From NCBI RefSeq assembly GCF_006345805.1, contig NC_042997.1:99014001-99078000 (forward strand): 64,000 bases of DNA, given 5' to 3'. The position numbers were made by a program, and so were the translations under genes. Below are positions 1 to 10,172 of the stretch, one piece after another. The notes below the pieces were generated by a model, which saw only the letters and a program-made list of their open reading frames with translations, was not told where the DNA came from and ran no database searches. Numbering within the stretch: position 1 is the stretch's first letter; every line of letters begins with the position of its first letter. Source of the stretch: Octopus sinensis (taxonomy: Eukaryota).

Positions 1-190
1 TTAAGATAGCGAAAGACCAGTGTGACTAAAACCATACAACCCAATCCAGTTTGGCGTGGGAGTGTTCTATTGATCCGGGCAAGTCACCTGACTGGATAGT
101 TCCACAGATATTTGCAACCTTGATATATTTCTCAAATAAGATCAGTGTATCGCACGCAAGCACGCGCGCGCGTACATACAGACACACACA

Positions 191-315
191 TTATTCTTAT
201 ACAAGAATTTTGTTAACAGTAACTTCAAAGTTTCGGCCAGTTAAGCCATCGCTGGCCGATGGCTCAGCTGGGCGAAACATCAGAGTCACTGTGAGCAGCA
301 TTCTTGTATAAGATT
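191..315. repeat. Imperfect gapless inverted repeat (~57-bp arms, 5-nt loop), fold-back/MITE-like
   Basis: Bases 195-251 pair without gaps to 257-313 around loop CTGGC (252-256), e.g. TCTTATACAAGAAT/ATTCTTGTATAAGA, GTTTCG/CGAAAC, AGCCATCG/CGATGGCT; about a dozen mismatches or wobbles. Confidence 0.8.
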
Positions 316-570
316 AATAAATTTGTACTGTACAAAAGTATAGAGTAATCCATCAGATTCATATAAAAAGTGTATTTACTATGACTAAACATAAAACCAA
401 TATTGTACATACCGTCCAAAGCTTTGGAGTTTTGATAGTTTTTGAAGGTATCGGCACTTCAAGTATGCTGGAGAAAAGTTGTTTCGCCCGATCTCCCTTG
501 ATATAATTATTTACATATGAACATTATTATTAATTTAATATATTAATTGCCTATACATTTTTATAGCATA

Positions 571-880
571 CAGTGATCCCTCGCTACTTCACGGTTCAAC
601 TATCGCGGATTCACGACTTCGCGGCACATATATATATGAACACCTAAATTTTTTCATTAAATCCATTAGAATATTAATAATAAATATTATTTCCTAGTCT
701 AGGAACAACAAAACAAGCGTAAAATAGCAAAAAAGCATATACAAGGGTATTTGAACTTAAGACGGGCTGTGATTGGTGCAATGGAGAGAGACGACGAATC
801 ACAGCTTTCTATCTTGTAATCTGGCCTGTGATTGGTGCTTTGACCGATGCCCAGATCCGCAGCATCTTCCCTTGTCTCTT
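571..880 (+). mobile_element. pogo/Tigger-like DNA transposon left-end remnant
   Basis: TA followed by CAGTGATCCCTCGCTACTTCACGGTTCAACTATCGCGGATTCACGACTTCGCGG, which resembles Tigger-type termini as I recall them; two CTGTGATTGGTGC motifs follow. No matching right end seen. Confidence 0.5.
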
Positions 881-1739
881 TCTCTCCCTCTCTCCTTCTC
901 TCTCTCTCGCGCGCGGCAATTTCGGTTCAAGCTTTCTCACCGAGTGGTTTACTGTTATTTGGCACATATGTATATACCCGTAATATTTAAATTTGAGAAT
1001 GTAAATTGTTTTATGAAACGAAAAAATCATTACTTGTTCAGACATTATACACCTAACGCTGCATTGTTCATTTCACTACAATATAGGACACGACATGAAA
1101 TAGGCGTAACTATTTCGAGCAGATCATGCGACTATATGGATAATCCGTAAGTGGCTCTGATATACCCTTGGTAGTGTAATTGCTAGACAGACAATAAATT
1201 TCACTTTGGAAACATTTTTTTATTGTCTGTTCTGTGTTTGTTCGTTTGGTGCTAGGAATTAACCTATACGATTTCGTGATTTGAACTCGATCGTAACTTA
1301 ATATGTGTATAAGCGTTTGATCTAATGAACAAACATTCATTATTTATGATAATCGATTAATTAATGGAATAGTATTTGGCTTCATAATTTTCCCTGACTC
1401 ATCATTTTGTAAACATAGTCGCTAATTGGTTACCAAATAAGACGATAAATATTGGACACATACAACAAAGAGAGAGAGGGGAGAGAGAGACAGACAGACA
1501 AACAGATGAATAGTCAGACAGATAGACACACAGTAATAGACAAATCACATTAGGTAAGAAACTTCCACAAATTGACCCAAAATATTACACGGATTAAGTT
1601 TCGGCTTACACAAGACTATATTTTTAATATATTTGGTTCATAATAACATGGCCTCCAGTTCAATCCGCTCTGCAGCATCGTCGCCCATCCGTAGACTAAT
1701 GCGGGAAATTTAGTTGATAGATCGTCGGATGCCTTCCAT

Positions 1740-1797
<58 letters not shown>

Positions 1798-1850
1798 ACA
1801 GACAGACAGAGAGATAGAGAGAGAGAGAGAGAGAGAAATAGATAGATAGG

Positions 1851-1906
<56 letters not shown>

Positions 1907-1951
1907 AAGATAGATCGATAGACAGACAGACAGACAGAAAAACAGACAGAC

Positions 1952-1994
<43 letters not shown>

Positions 1995-2188
1995 AGATAG
2001 ATAGAGATATATAGATAGATAGAGAGAAGAGAGAGAGACAGACAGACAGAGAGATAGAGAGAGAGAGAGAGAGAAATAGATAGATAGGTAGATAGACAAG
2101 ACAACAGACAACAGACAGACAGACAGACAACAGACAGACAGAAAGATAGATCGATCAGACAGACAGACAGACAGAAAAACAGACAGAC

Positions 2189-2269
<81 letters not shown>

Positions 2270-2270
2270 C
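1740..2270. repeat. Compound (GATA)n/(GA)n/(GACA)n microsatellite with a ~240-bp higher-order duplication
   Basis: Interruptions (GAAATAGATAGATAGGTAG, GAAAGATAGATCGAT, GAAAAACAGAC) recur in the same order twice. Confidence 0.9.
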
Positions 2271-2489
2271 ATGCATACATGCACACGTACGTACATACAC
2301 ACAAAGCCATAGCTATAAATTCATATTTATATAGCCATAGCTATAATACACAGATAACCATAGCCATACGTACATACATACCTACATACATACATACCTA
2401 CCTACCTACCTACATACATACATACATACATACATACATACATACATACATACATACATACATACATACAAACACAGCCATAGCCATAA

Positions 2490-2885
2490 TGAAAAGGAGT
2501 ACTGATGGAATGTCATAGTGAAAACCGCAAACAAATGTAAACATAACAGACCTGACTTTGTGATTTGGGACGGAGAAGAGAAACTGTGTACTATTGTGGA
2601 TATCAGTTGTTCATCGGATGTTAACATAAAGCCAAAGATCAGCAAAAAAGAAAATAACTACGCTGAACTATTGAAAAATCTACAGTTGCTCTTTCCAGAT
2701 TACAAGTTCAGGTTTATACCTGTAATTACTGGAGCACCGAGATATATAACACACTGCCTAAGTACCTATCTTGAGAAATTGGGTTTCTCAAAACCAGAAA
2801 AGAGAAAGTTGATACGAATACTAGTGATCCAACACTCACTGGATATATTAAAATGTGTAAAACTTTCCAGTTTATCATTTAAGCA
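2490..2885 (+). mobile_element. 3' fragment of a REL-endonuclease non-LTR retrotransposon (R4/NeSL/CRE type), decayed
   Basis: Translation KEY*WNVIVKTANKCKHNRPDFVIWDGEEKLCTIVDISC...KENNYAELL...FIPVITGA carries the RPD...D restriction-like endonuclease signature; in-frame stop where a Trp is expected. Confidence 0.8.
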
Positions 2886-3364
2886 TGTATGAACGTGTCT
2901 AGAGATGCAGCTATATGCACGATAAACAAACAGATTTGTATGTAGTATAATTACAGACACACGCACACACACACGCACGCACACACACATACACACGCAC
3001 ACACACGTATGTGTGTGTGTGTGTGTGTGTATATATATACGTACATACATGCAAAAGAATTCTGTTGATGTTGTTGAAATTCCAATAAAAAAGATTTGGA
3101 TCTAGATTAGAAGAAAGTATGTGTGTAAATAATCATGTAGAGAGGTATGTAGTGGGACGTTTACTTAACAACCATATGCTCTGGGATTCATGTCCACTGT
3201 GCAGCACCTTGGATAAGTGTCTTCTGTAAAGCCTCGTGAATGGATCTGATTCATGAACACTGGAAAGAACTCGTCGTATGTTTATGTCTGTGTGTGTATG
3301 TTTGTATGTCTTTACCGCGGTTAAACAACGATATATATATATTCGCCATAATAGATCGCTAGCC

Positions 3365-3570
3365 ACTAAACATTTTTATTTTCTCTCCCTATATATTTCT
3401 GTGTTCCTTTCTGTCGAAGAGCGTAAGCTGGTAACGTAAAAGACTTCCCGAGCGTTAAACTAATAATCTGTTGTTTACACACCAGTCTTTGTCTCGTCTT
3501 TTTCTAAATTCCAGTCTTTTTCTAAATTCCAGTCTTTTTCTAAATTCCAGTCTTTTTCTAAATTCTCACT
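3365..3570 (+). mobile_element. Penelope-like pseudo-LTR fragment with a degenerate hammerhead
   Basis: TTTCTGTCGAAGAGCGTAAGCTGGTAACGTAAAAG (3408-3442) is homologous to the minus-strand motif at 30852-30889; followed by a 3x ~18-bp repeat TCTTTTTCTAAATTCCAG and ends in (TA)n. Confidence 0.55.
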
Positions 3571-3743
3571 ATATATATATATATATATATATATTATTAA
3601 AATGAATAAATGAATTATCTTGTTACGGATTATTCAAATTATAACTGATACCTGGGTAGCAAAAATCACAACAGAAAAATCACGGTTGAGGTTACGACCA
3701 TGGGGTCTCAAAACCGTGTCTTAGTGCGGAAATTTGAAGTTTT

Positions 3744-4259
3744 ATATATTTAGTGAGGGAAGAAATGGAGCTGAACGAAGATTTTATATTTCTCCCTAGC
3801 AGCTTCCTAAACATACTGCCACACATACATAGGCGCACATACACATACATGTAGGCAATTTCTCACACCCAAACATGATAGCCCTCATTCTTAAAACAAT
3901 TCGAATATTAACACTAGTCATACAGAATATATTCACACTCTTTGGTTTTCTGTAATTCTTCCCTTCCCCTACGTTAACCGGATTTTGACCTCGAATTATC
4001 TCAACGGACTTTTTCGTCGGTTTTCACCCAGCCCGACGTCAACGCATTTTGAGAGACAGTTTTGTGCCATTCATACCATGGGCTCCTAGAGAGCGTTTGT
4101 CGAAAAACTTGCTGCGCATTTTGTGGAGATTTAAGTTCCTGGATTTTCCTGAAGAGAAAGCTGCAAAATGGCTCCTTATCCATCCGAATTAGGGACTTTG
4201 CAGCCTTTGAACATGTAGAAAATAATAAAAGGGATTTTGTAAAACTTCTCCCTCACTAA

Positions 4260-4262
<3 letters not shown>
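3744..4262 (+). mobile_element. ORF-less HHR-bearing retroelement unit (PLE pseudo-LTR or retrozyme-like) with inverted terminal motif
   Basis: TATTTAGTGAGGGAAGAA at the left end and TTCTCCCTCACTAAATATA at the right end are inverted copies; contains the HHR at 4144-4222; right end runs into (TA)n. Confidence 0.55.
4144..4222 (+). ncRNA. Type I hammerhead ribozyme with long stem II; one core A missing in this copy
   Basis: Stem I TTTTC(4144-48)/GAAAA(4218-22); CTGAAGA 4149-55; stem II AAAGCTGCAAA/TTTGCAGCCTTT with inner TCCTTA/TAGGGA; GAA-CATG-TA with palindromic ACATGT stem III; AATAAA just downstream. Confidence 0.7.
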
Positions 4263-4290
<28 letters not shown>

Positions 4291-4412
4291 AATATAATAT
4301 TAATATATATATTTATATATATAATATATATATATCTATATATATATATAATATATATAATATATATATAGATATATATATAGATATACATATATATATA
4401 TATATATATTTA

Positions 4413-4450
<38 letters not shown>

Positions 4451-4483
4451 TATATATATAATTATATATATATATATATATTA

Positions 4484-4524
<41 letters not shown>

Positions 4525-4526
4525 TT

Positions 4527-4559
<33 letters not shown>

Positions 4560-4653
4560 GATATATATATATATGATATATACTACTATATATATATATA
4601 TATCTATATATATATAATATATATTATAATATACCAATATTTATATATATATA

Positions 4654-4707
<54 letters not shown>

Positions 4708-4718
4708 ATATATATATA
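4261..4718. repeat. Degenerate (TA)n microsatellite
   Basis: Direct reading; a second such tract lies at ~5850-6435. Confidence 0.95.
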
Positions 4719-4901
4719 CTAACAATTAAGGGTTTAGCAACGATTGCCTTACCGCAACACCGATTTAGAAATAGCAGTCAAAGAGATTATAGCTATTTCT
4801 TCTACTAAAAGGGAGATCACAGTAAGACACAGCATTTGAAAGGCAAACACAAACAGGTAAGAGAGATGAATTAACGGCAATCTGTCATACAGTTTAAGTC
4901 A

Positions 4902-4993
4902 CCTACGGACGTACGTTTTGAGATCAAGTCTTAGGAAAGCATAAGAATTAGATAATTCTACCTTACCCAGACTTCTTCTCTCATCAGCGCAGG
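4902..4993 (-). ncRNA. Mirror hammerhead copy with a G12->A core change (predicted inactive)
   Basis: Reverse complement reads CCTGCG CTGATGA GAGA...TCTC AAAAC GTAC GTC CGTAGG, with AAAAC in place of GAAAC. Confidence 0.85.
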
Positions 4994-5468
4994 ATACAAA
5001 CAATCATGAATGATTGATATTGAATTTTGAATACTAGAAGCACCAACTCACTCAGTATCAGAGCGAGCTAGAAGCCACAGCTAGTATCACCCAATTCAAA
5101 AAGTGTGAATGAAAGCTTGTGTCACCAGTCCCTTCCACCCGCGTGTAGCCAAGCAAAGTGCTGTGGTCATTTACTGGGATGAATATGGTTATCAGTAACA
5201 ATTAAGGGTGAATTAATTAATTTGGAATAATTATCAATTACACCAAGTAGTCTTCGGCATGTAAACCCTCATTCCAGGAAAATTTAAGTAAATGACCACA
5301 GCACTTTGTCATTGGCTACACGCGGGTGGGAAGGGACTGTGACACAACTTTCATTCACACTTTGATTTTGTGATACTAGCTTGCTTCTAGCTCGCTCTGA
5401 TACTGAGTTGAGTTGGTGCCTTCTAGTATCTCAAAATTCAATATCCAATCATTCATGATTGTTTGTAT

Positions 5469-5560
5469 CCTGCGCTGATGAGAGAAGAAGTCTGGGTAAG
5501 GTAGAATTATCTAATTCTTATGCTTTCCTAAGACTTGATCTCGAAACGTACGTCCGTAGG
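5469..5560 (+). ncRNA. Canonical type I hammerhead ribozyme
   Basis: Stem I CCTGCG(5469-74)/CGTAGG(5555-60); CTGATGA 5475-81; stem II GAGA...TCTC extended by AAGTCT/AGACTT and AGAATT/AATTCT; GAAA 5543-46; stem III AC-GTAC-GT (palindrome ACGTACGT); GUC triplet, predicted cleavage after C5554. Confidence 0.92.
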
Positions 5561-6269
5561 TGACTTAAAACTGTATGATAGATGCCGTTAATTCATTCTC
5601 TCTTACCTGTTTGTGTTTGCCTTTCAAATGCTGTGTCTTTACTGTGATCTCCCTTTTAGTAAGAAATAGCTATAATCTCTTTGACTGCTATTTCTAAATT
5701 CGGTGTGCGGTAAGGCAATTCGTTGCTAAACCTTAATTGCTTAGTATTACTTAAATTTTCCTCGAATGAGGCTTTGTACATGCCGAAGACTACTTGTTGT
5801 AATTGATAATTATTCCAAATTATTAATTTCACCCTTCATTGTTACTTATATATACATATATATTATATATATAGATATATATATATATATATATATAATA
5901 TATATATATATATAATATAGTATATATTATATATATATAGATGTTTCATGTATATATATTATATATAAATATATAATATATAGTAAATATATATATAATA
6001 TTATATAATATAAATTTATTATATATATATAAATTTATATATATATATTTCATATATCATATTATACATATATAATATCTATATATATTAAATATATATA
6101 TATTATATATTTATATATATATATATAATATTATATATATATCATATTTATATTTAAATAAGGTATCTCAGATACCCTTATTTATAGTTGTAAAAAATTA
6201 TTACCTTGTATGTATTTATTGCCATGCTGGCCACTTGATATTTAGATATCGATATATCCCTATTTATAA

Positions 6270-6314
<45 letters not shown>

Positions 6315-6439
6315 ATATATACGCAATATATATATATGTATATTATAATATATGTATACATATGTATTATCTAAATAAATATATATATATTTATATATAT
6401 TTATATATATATATATATAATTATATATATATATATATA

Positions 6440-6670
6440 TATAATACACGTTGCTCCAGTTCACTTGGCTGTAGAAATGTGTTGCGACGTCACTGGTGCC
6501 AAGCTCTATCGGCCTTTGCCTTTTCCTCGGATAACATCGGTAGTGTGGAGAGTGGAGGCTGGTATGCATGGGCGACTGTTTGTCTTCCATAAACAACCTT
6601 GCGCGGACTTGTGCCTTGGAGGGTAACTTTGTAGGTGCAATCTCATGGTCATTCGTGACGAAAGGGTGTC
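6440..6670 (+). mobile_element. SINE body fragment (cephalopod-type)
   Basis: CACGTTGCTCCAGTTCACTTGGCTGTAGAAATG...CATGGTCATTCGTGAC matches a common cephalopod SINE 3' portion from recall. Confidence 0.55.
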
Positions 6671-7144
6671 TCCGATAATAATCACACAAACACACACATG
6701 CACACCTACAGAGTAGATGTATGCTTGTGTGATTGTATGGACTTGCAACTATAAATACTTATAAACCGAAAAGTAAGTACATTTGTCACATATGAAATAT
6801 ATCATAACATCTATTTAGCACTTAATCTCTAAGTTTTAAAATCCGGTATTGACGATTTTATCAATTATAACAAAGATTCCCTGATACTTACGACCCACAG
6901 GAAATCGCAAAGAACACGCCAGTGTTATCATATCGTCTATTTAACGATGAGAGAAGAACTGTCTTAAAATAATAATCGACAAATACGTTTAGAGAGAAGA
7001 TCTTTCGACTAAACATAAAAAAGCTGTTAAGAAACAATGATAAATCCTAATGAAAAAGATTAAGCATAGTCGTGTCTTTAACATGAAAGAAAAATTGTAC
7101 TTAGGTACATTAATGCATACTTACACATATGTATGTAGTAATAT

Positions 7145-7350
7145 GGTTTCAAATTTTGGCACAAAGCCAGCAAGTTAGGGAGAGGAGTTAAGACAATTAC
7201 AATGAACTCATTGTTCAACTGGTACATATTATATTGACTCCGAAAAGGATAAAATACATGGTTGACCTCGGAACTCAGAATGTAAAGACAGGCAATGTGC
7301 CTCCAAGAATTTTGCCCAGAATGCTAACGATACTGCAAGCTCCCCACCTT
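7145..7350 (-). mobile_element. tRNA-derived SINE, diverged
   Basis: Reverse-complement homolog of the copy at 18973-19184 (GGCACAAAGCC...GACCTCGG...GCTAACGAT). Confidence 0.7.
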
Positions 7351-7709
7351 ACCAAGTGTAGTAATATGAACATTTTTAAACATGACGATAAAGAAAGAGG
7401 TAACGATTGAGGAAATTTTGGCGAGACATGATGTTTAATACAATATGCATTGGATATGAAAGTACTTCAGTTTTATTGCTTTTCTAGTTTCCTTCAATGA
7501 ATCTGGAGGAATTTGTTTCATAAATTTGCTTGATAACTATTTATGCCTTCAAAGAGAAAAATATCCCTATATATTAAAACTTGTAGGATGATGAAAAGTA
7601 TATGTATAGAAATACTTTCACATAATTTGTAATACACACACATACACAGACAGGCGCATGCACATGCACATACACACGCATATATATATGTATGCATATA
7701 TACCTGCAT

Positions 7710-7750
<41 letters not shown>

Positions 7751-7819
7751 CATTATGTTTTTATGTATACATGTATGTATGATTATATGATACGAATATG
7801 CCTGCATATATACATACGT

Positions 7820-7871
<52 letters not shown>

Positions 7872-8479
7872 TTATTATATATATATATATCTATATATAT
7901 ATATATACAAATATATATGTACATGTAGGCGTGCGCACACACACACATACAGTCAAAAGAAAACAGAAAGCTTTGCAAATGCTCTATTTTACTTTCCTTT
8001 TATCCTTACACCTTTTCGTTTTGTTTCAATGTTTTCTTTTTTCCTTCTAGATTGAATATAACCCATCTTTTCAGACTTCTTCGCTTCTTTTTTTCATCTA
8101 TTCAGGATTCTTTCATTTATTTACGTCTGTCTTATATTTGCTGTAGTTTTCCATTATTCGGTAAGCCTTTAGCTATTTATTTCGTACCAATTATTGTTTC
8201 TTTAGTCACATTTGTACTGGTGTTGGCTCATAATTGGTATATTAGGACATATTAATTCGTAGGCAACAAAAGATAAATGAAAAATATTCTAAAATCTACT
8301 TAGGGAAAAGCAAAGTACATTTAAACGTTCACCTACTGTTTTCGTAACATTATTTCTGTTGCTTTATATTGTATCATTTTAAGGAGATAATTGTTATTTG
8401 TTCAGAAGAACGGAATAGCAATATTAAATATACCAATATTCCATTGCTTTATGCAACGATAAATGAAAAAGGAGGAGGA

Positions 8480-8715
8480 GGACGACGAGAAGAAGAAGAA
8501 GAAGAAGAGAAGAAGAAGAAGAAGAAGAAGAAGCAGAAGAAGAAGAAGATGAAGAAGAAGAAGGTGGAGGAGGAGGAGGAGAAGACGAAGAAGACGAAGA
8601 AGAAGAAGAAGAAGAAGAAGAAGAAGAAGAAGAAGAAGAAGAAGAAGAAGAAGAAGAGAAGAAGAAGAAGAGAAGAAGAAGAAGAAGAAGAAGAAGAGAA
8701 GAAGAAGAAGAAGAG
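8480..8715. repeat. (GAA)n microsatellite
   Basis: Direct reading; source of the poly-K/E/L ORFs. Confidence 0.95.
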
Positions 8716-8899
8716 CGCTCAAAGGGTGTAACCTTCCACCAAGGCTACACCACCGCCCTCTCAACGATTAGCGAGATATGATTTTTAAAATGAGAATATC
8801 TGAAATAAACTCAACTGCTCTCACAAACGAGAATACTAAAATTGAACCCAACCGCTCTCAATAATTAAGTTAAAAACAAGAAACATAATCCAGAATCCT

Positions 8900-9558
8900 T
8901 GTCCGGTATCCAATCGATCCCCAAATATAATCTAAGCTCGCACAACGCGAATACAAAAGGACACACGACAATGTAGCCAGATATGTCCTCTGGCTGTTTG
9001 CGGTAAAGCAAACCTCGAGAGAGCCGAACAATGGTATGAACACAAGCCAGAGGGAGTAATGGAAAGAAAATATTACAAAATGCTCTGGATTTTAACATGC
9101 AGTCCGACCAAGCCATAGAGGCGAGACGACCAGATTTCGTGCTCATCCATAACGATGGAAAAGAAGTAAAGATAATGGATGTTGCAATACCAGGCGATTC
9201 GAGGGTGAAATGTAAGGAAACAGAAAAGATTGAGAAATCCCAGCCAGTGCGGGACAAGATAGGAAAGTTATAGGGCATGAGGAAAGTAATGATGATACCT
9301 GTAGTGAGTGGAGCATTAGGAGCGGTTTCCAAGGGTTTTGAAAAATATATTAAGAATATTGGAGCTGCTGACGGCTTGAGGTAATACAGAAGACAGCATT
9401 GTTGGGTTCAGCTCGCATTCTAAAGAGAGTATCTTCTCTTTGAGTCACAGAAGGCACTACCTGAAACCTTTGGGTATTGCCTGCTTTCAATTAAGGAAAA
9501 ACCGGTAATTAAGAACTATTGAAAAGTCTTCCAGAATAACAACAACAACAACAACAAC

Positions 9559-9653
<95 letters not shown>

Positions 9654-9660
9654 CAATAAT
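8900..9660 (+). mobile_element. R4/Dong-like LINE 3' end (REL domain) with (AAC)/(AAT)n tail
   Basis: Frameshifted translation LCGKANLERAEQWYEHKPEGV...ARRPDFVL...IMDVAIPGDSRV...IPVVSGALG...LEVIQKTALLGSARILKRV*, followed by a 3' UTR and (TAA)n. Confidence 0.85.
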
Positions 9661-9799
9661 GGCTTCAAACTTTAGCACAAGGCCAGTAAATTCGAAGGAG
9701 GAGTAAAGCCGATTACATCGATCCCAGTGCTCAACTGGTACTTATTTTATCGACCCCGAAAGAATGAAAGGCAATGCTGGCCTACAGAGATCAAAGATA

Positions 9800-10037
9800 T
9801 CTAATGAGCAAACCCCGAAAAGAGTTGTTGGAAGTATCAGCGCTCGACTACCAGCGAAGCTCAAAGGGATTGGTGCCAATGTAAAGATAGAACACCTACA
9901 AAAATCATCATTGCTTGGAAATGCAAGATCTCTCCACAAGGTACTTAAAGCATGACCAGTAAACGAGTGTCGCCTTAGTCTACTAGTTGTGGACAGCTAA
10001 CAATTTCCGTCATACTCAGCAAAATAAGCTGGGAGTA

Positions 10038-10080
<43 letters not shown>

Positions 10081-10082
10081 GC

Positions 10083-10158
<76 letters not shown>

Positions 10159-10165
10159 AACAACA
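9800..10165 (+). mobile_element. Second short R4/Dong-like 3' end with (TAC)n(TAA)n tail
   Basis: GSISARLPAKLKGIGANVKIEHLQKSSLLGNARSLHKVLKA* parallels the C-terminus at 9300-9440; tail follows. Confidence 0.7.
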
Positions 10166-10172
10166 ACAACAA

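Larger units (their letters stand above)
4719..5850. mobile_element. Inverted, circularly permuted dimer of a ~575-nt non-coding HHR element (retrozyme-like or PLE pseudo-LTR)
   Basis: Minus strand 5291->4719 reads B-spacer-A; plus strand 5288->5847 reads A-B. Arms 4720-5175 and 5290-5745 are reverse complements with scattered small indels. Both outer ends abut (TA)n. Confidence 0.85.

Noticed and set aside
1616-2302. Long ORFs (228, 196, 144 aa; also 24148-24904, 8369-8764 and many IY/HT/CV-repeat ORFs)
   Set aside because: Translations of microsatellites (YLSI, CLSV, poly-K/L, IY); no coding evidence.
4062-4259. ORF with CRKTCCAFC resembling a ShK toxin motif
   Set aside because: It overlaps the HHR-bearing repeat, has a stop immediately upstream and no ATG, and has too few cysteines for a ShK domain.
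5755-5800. Possible second HHR in segment B (CCTGGAATGAGG...CCGAAGACTAC)
   Set aside because: The core deviates at several positions in both copies; noted but not called.
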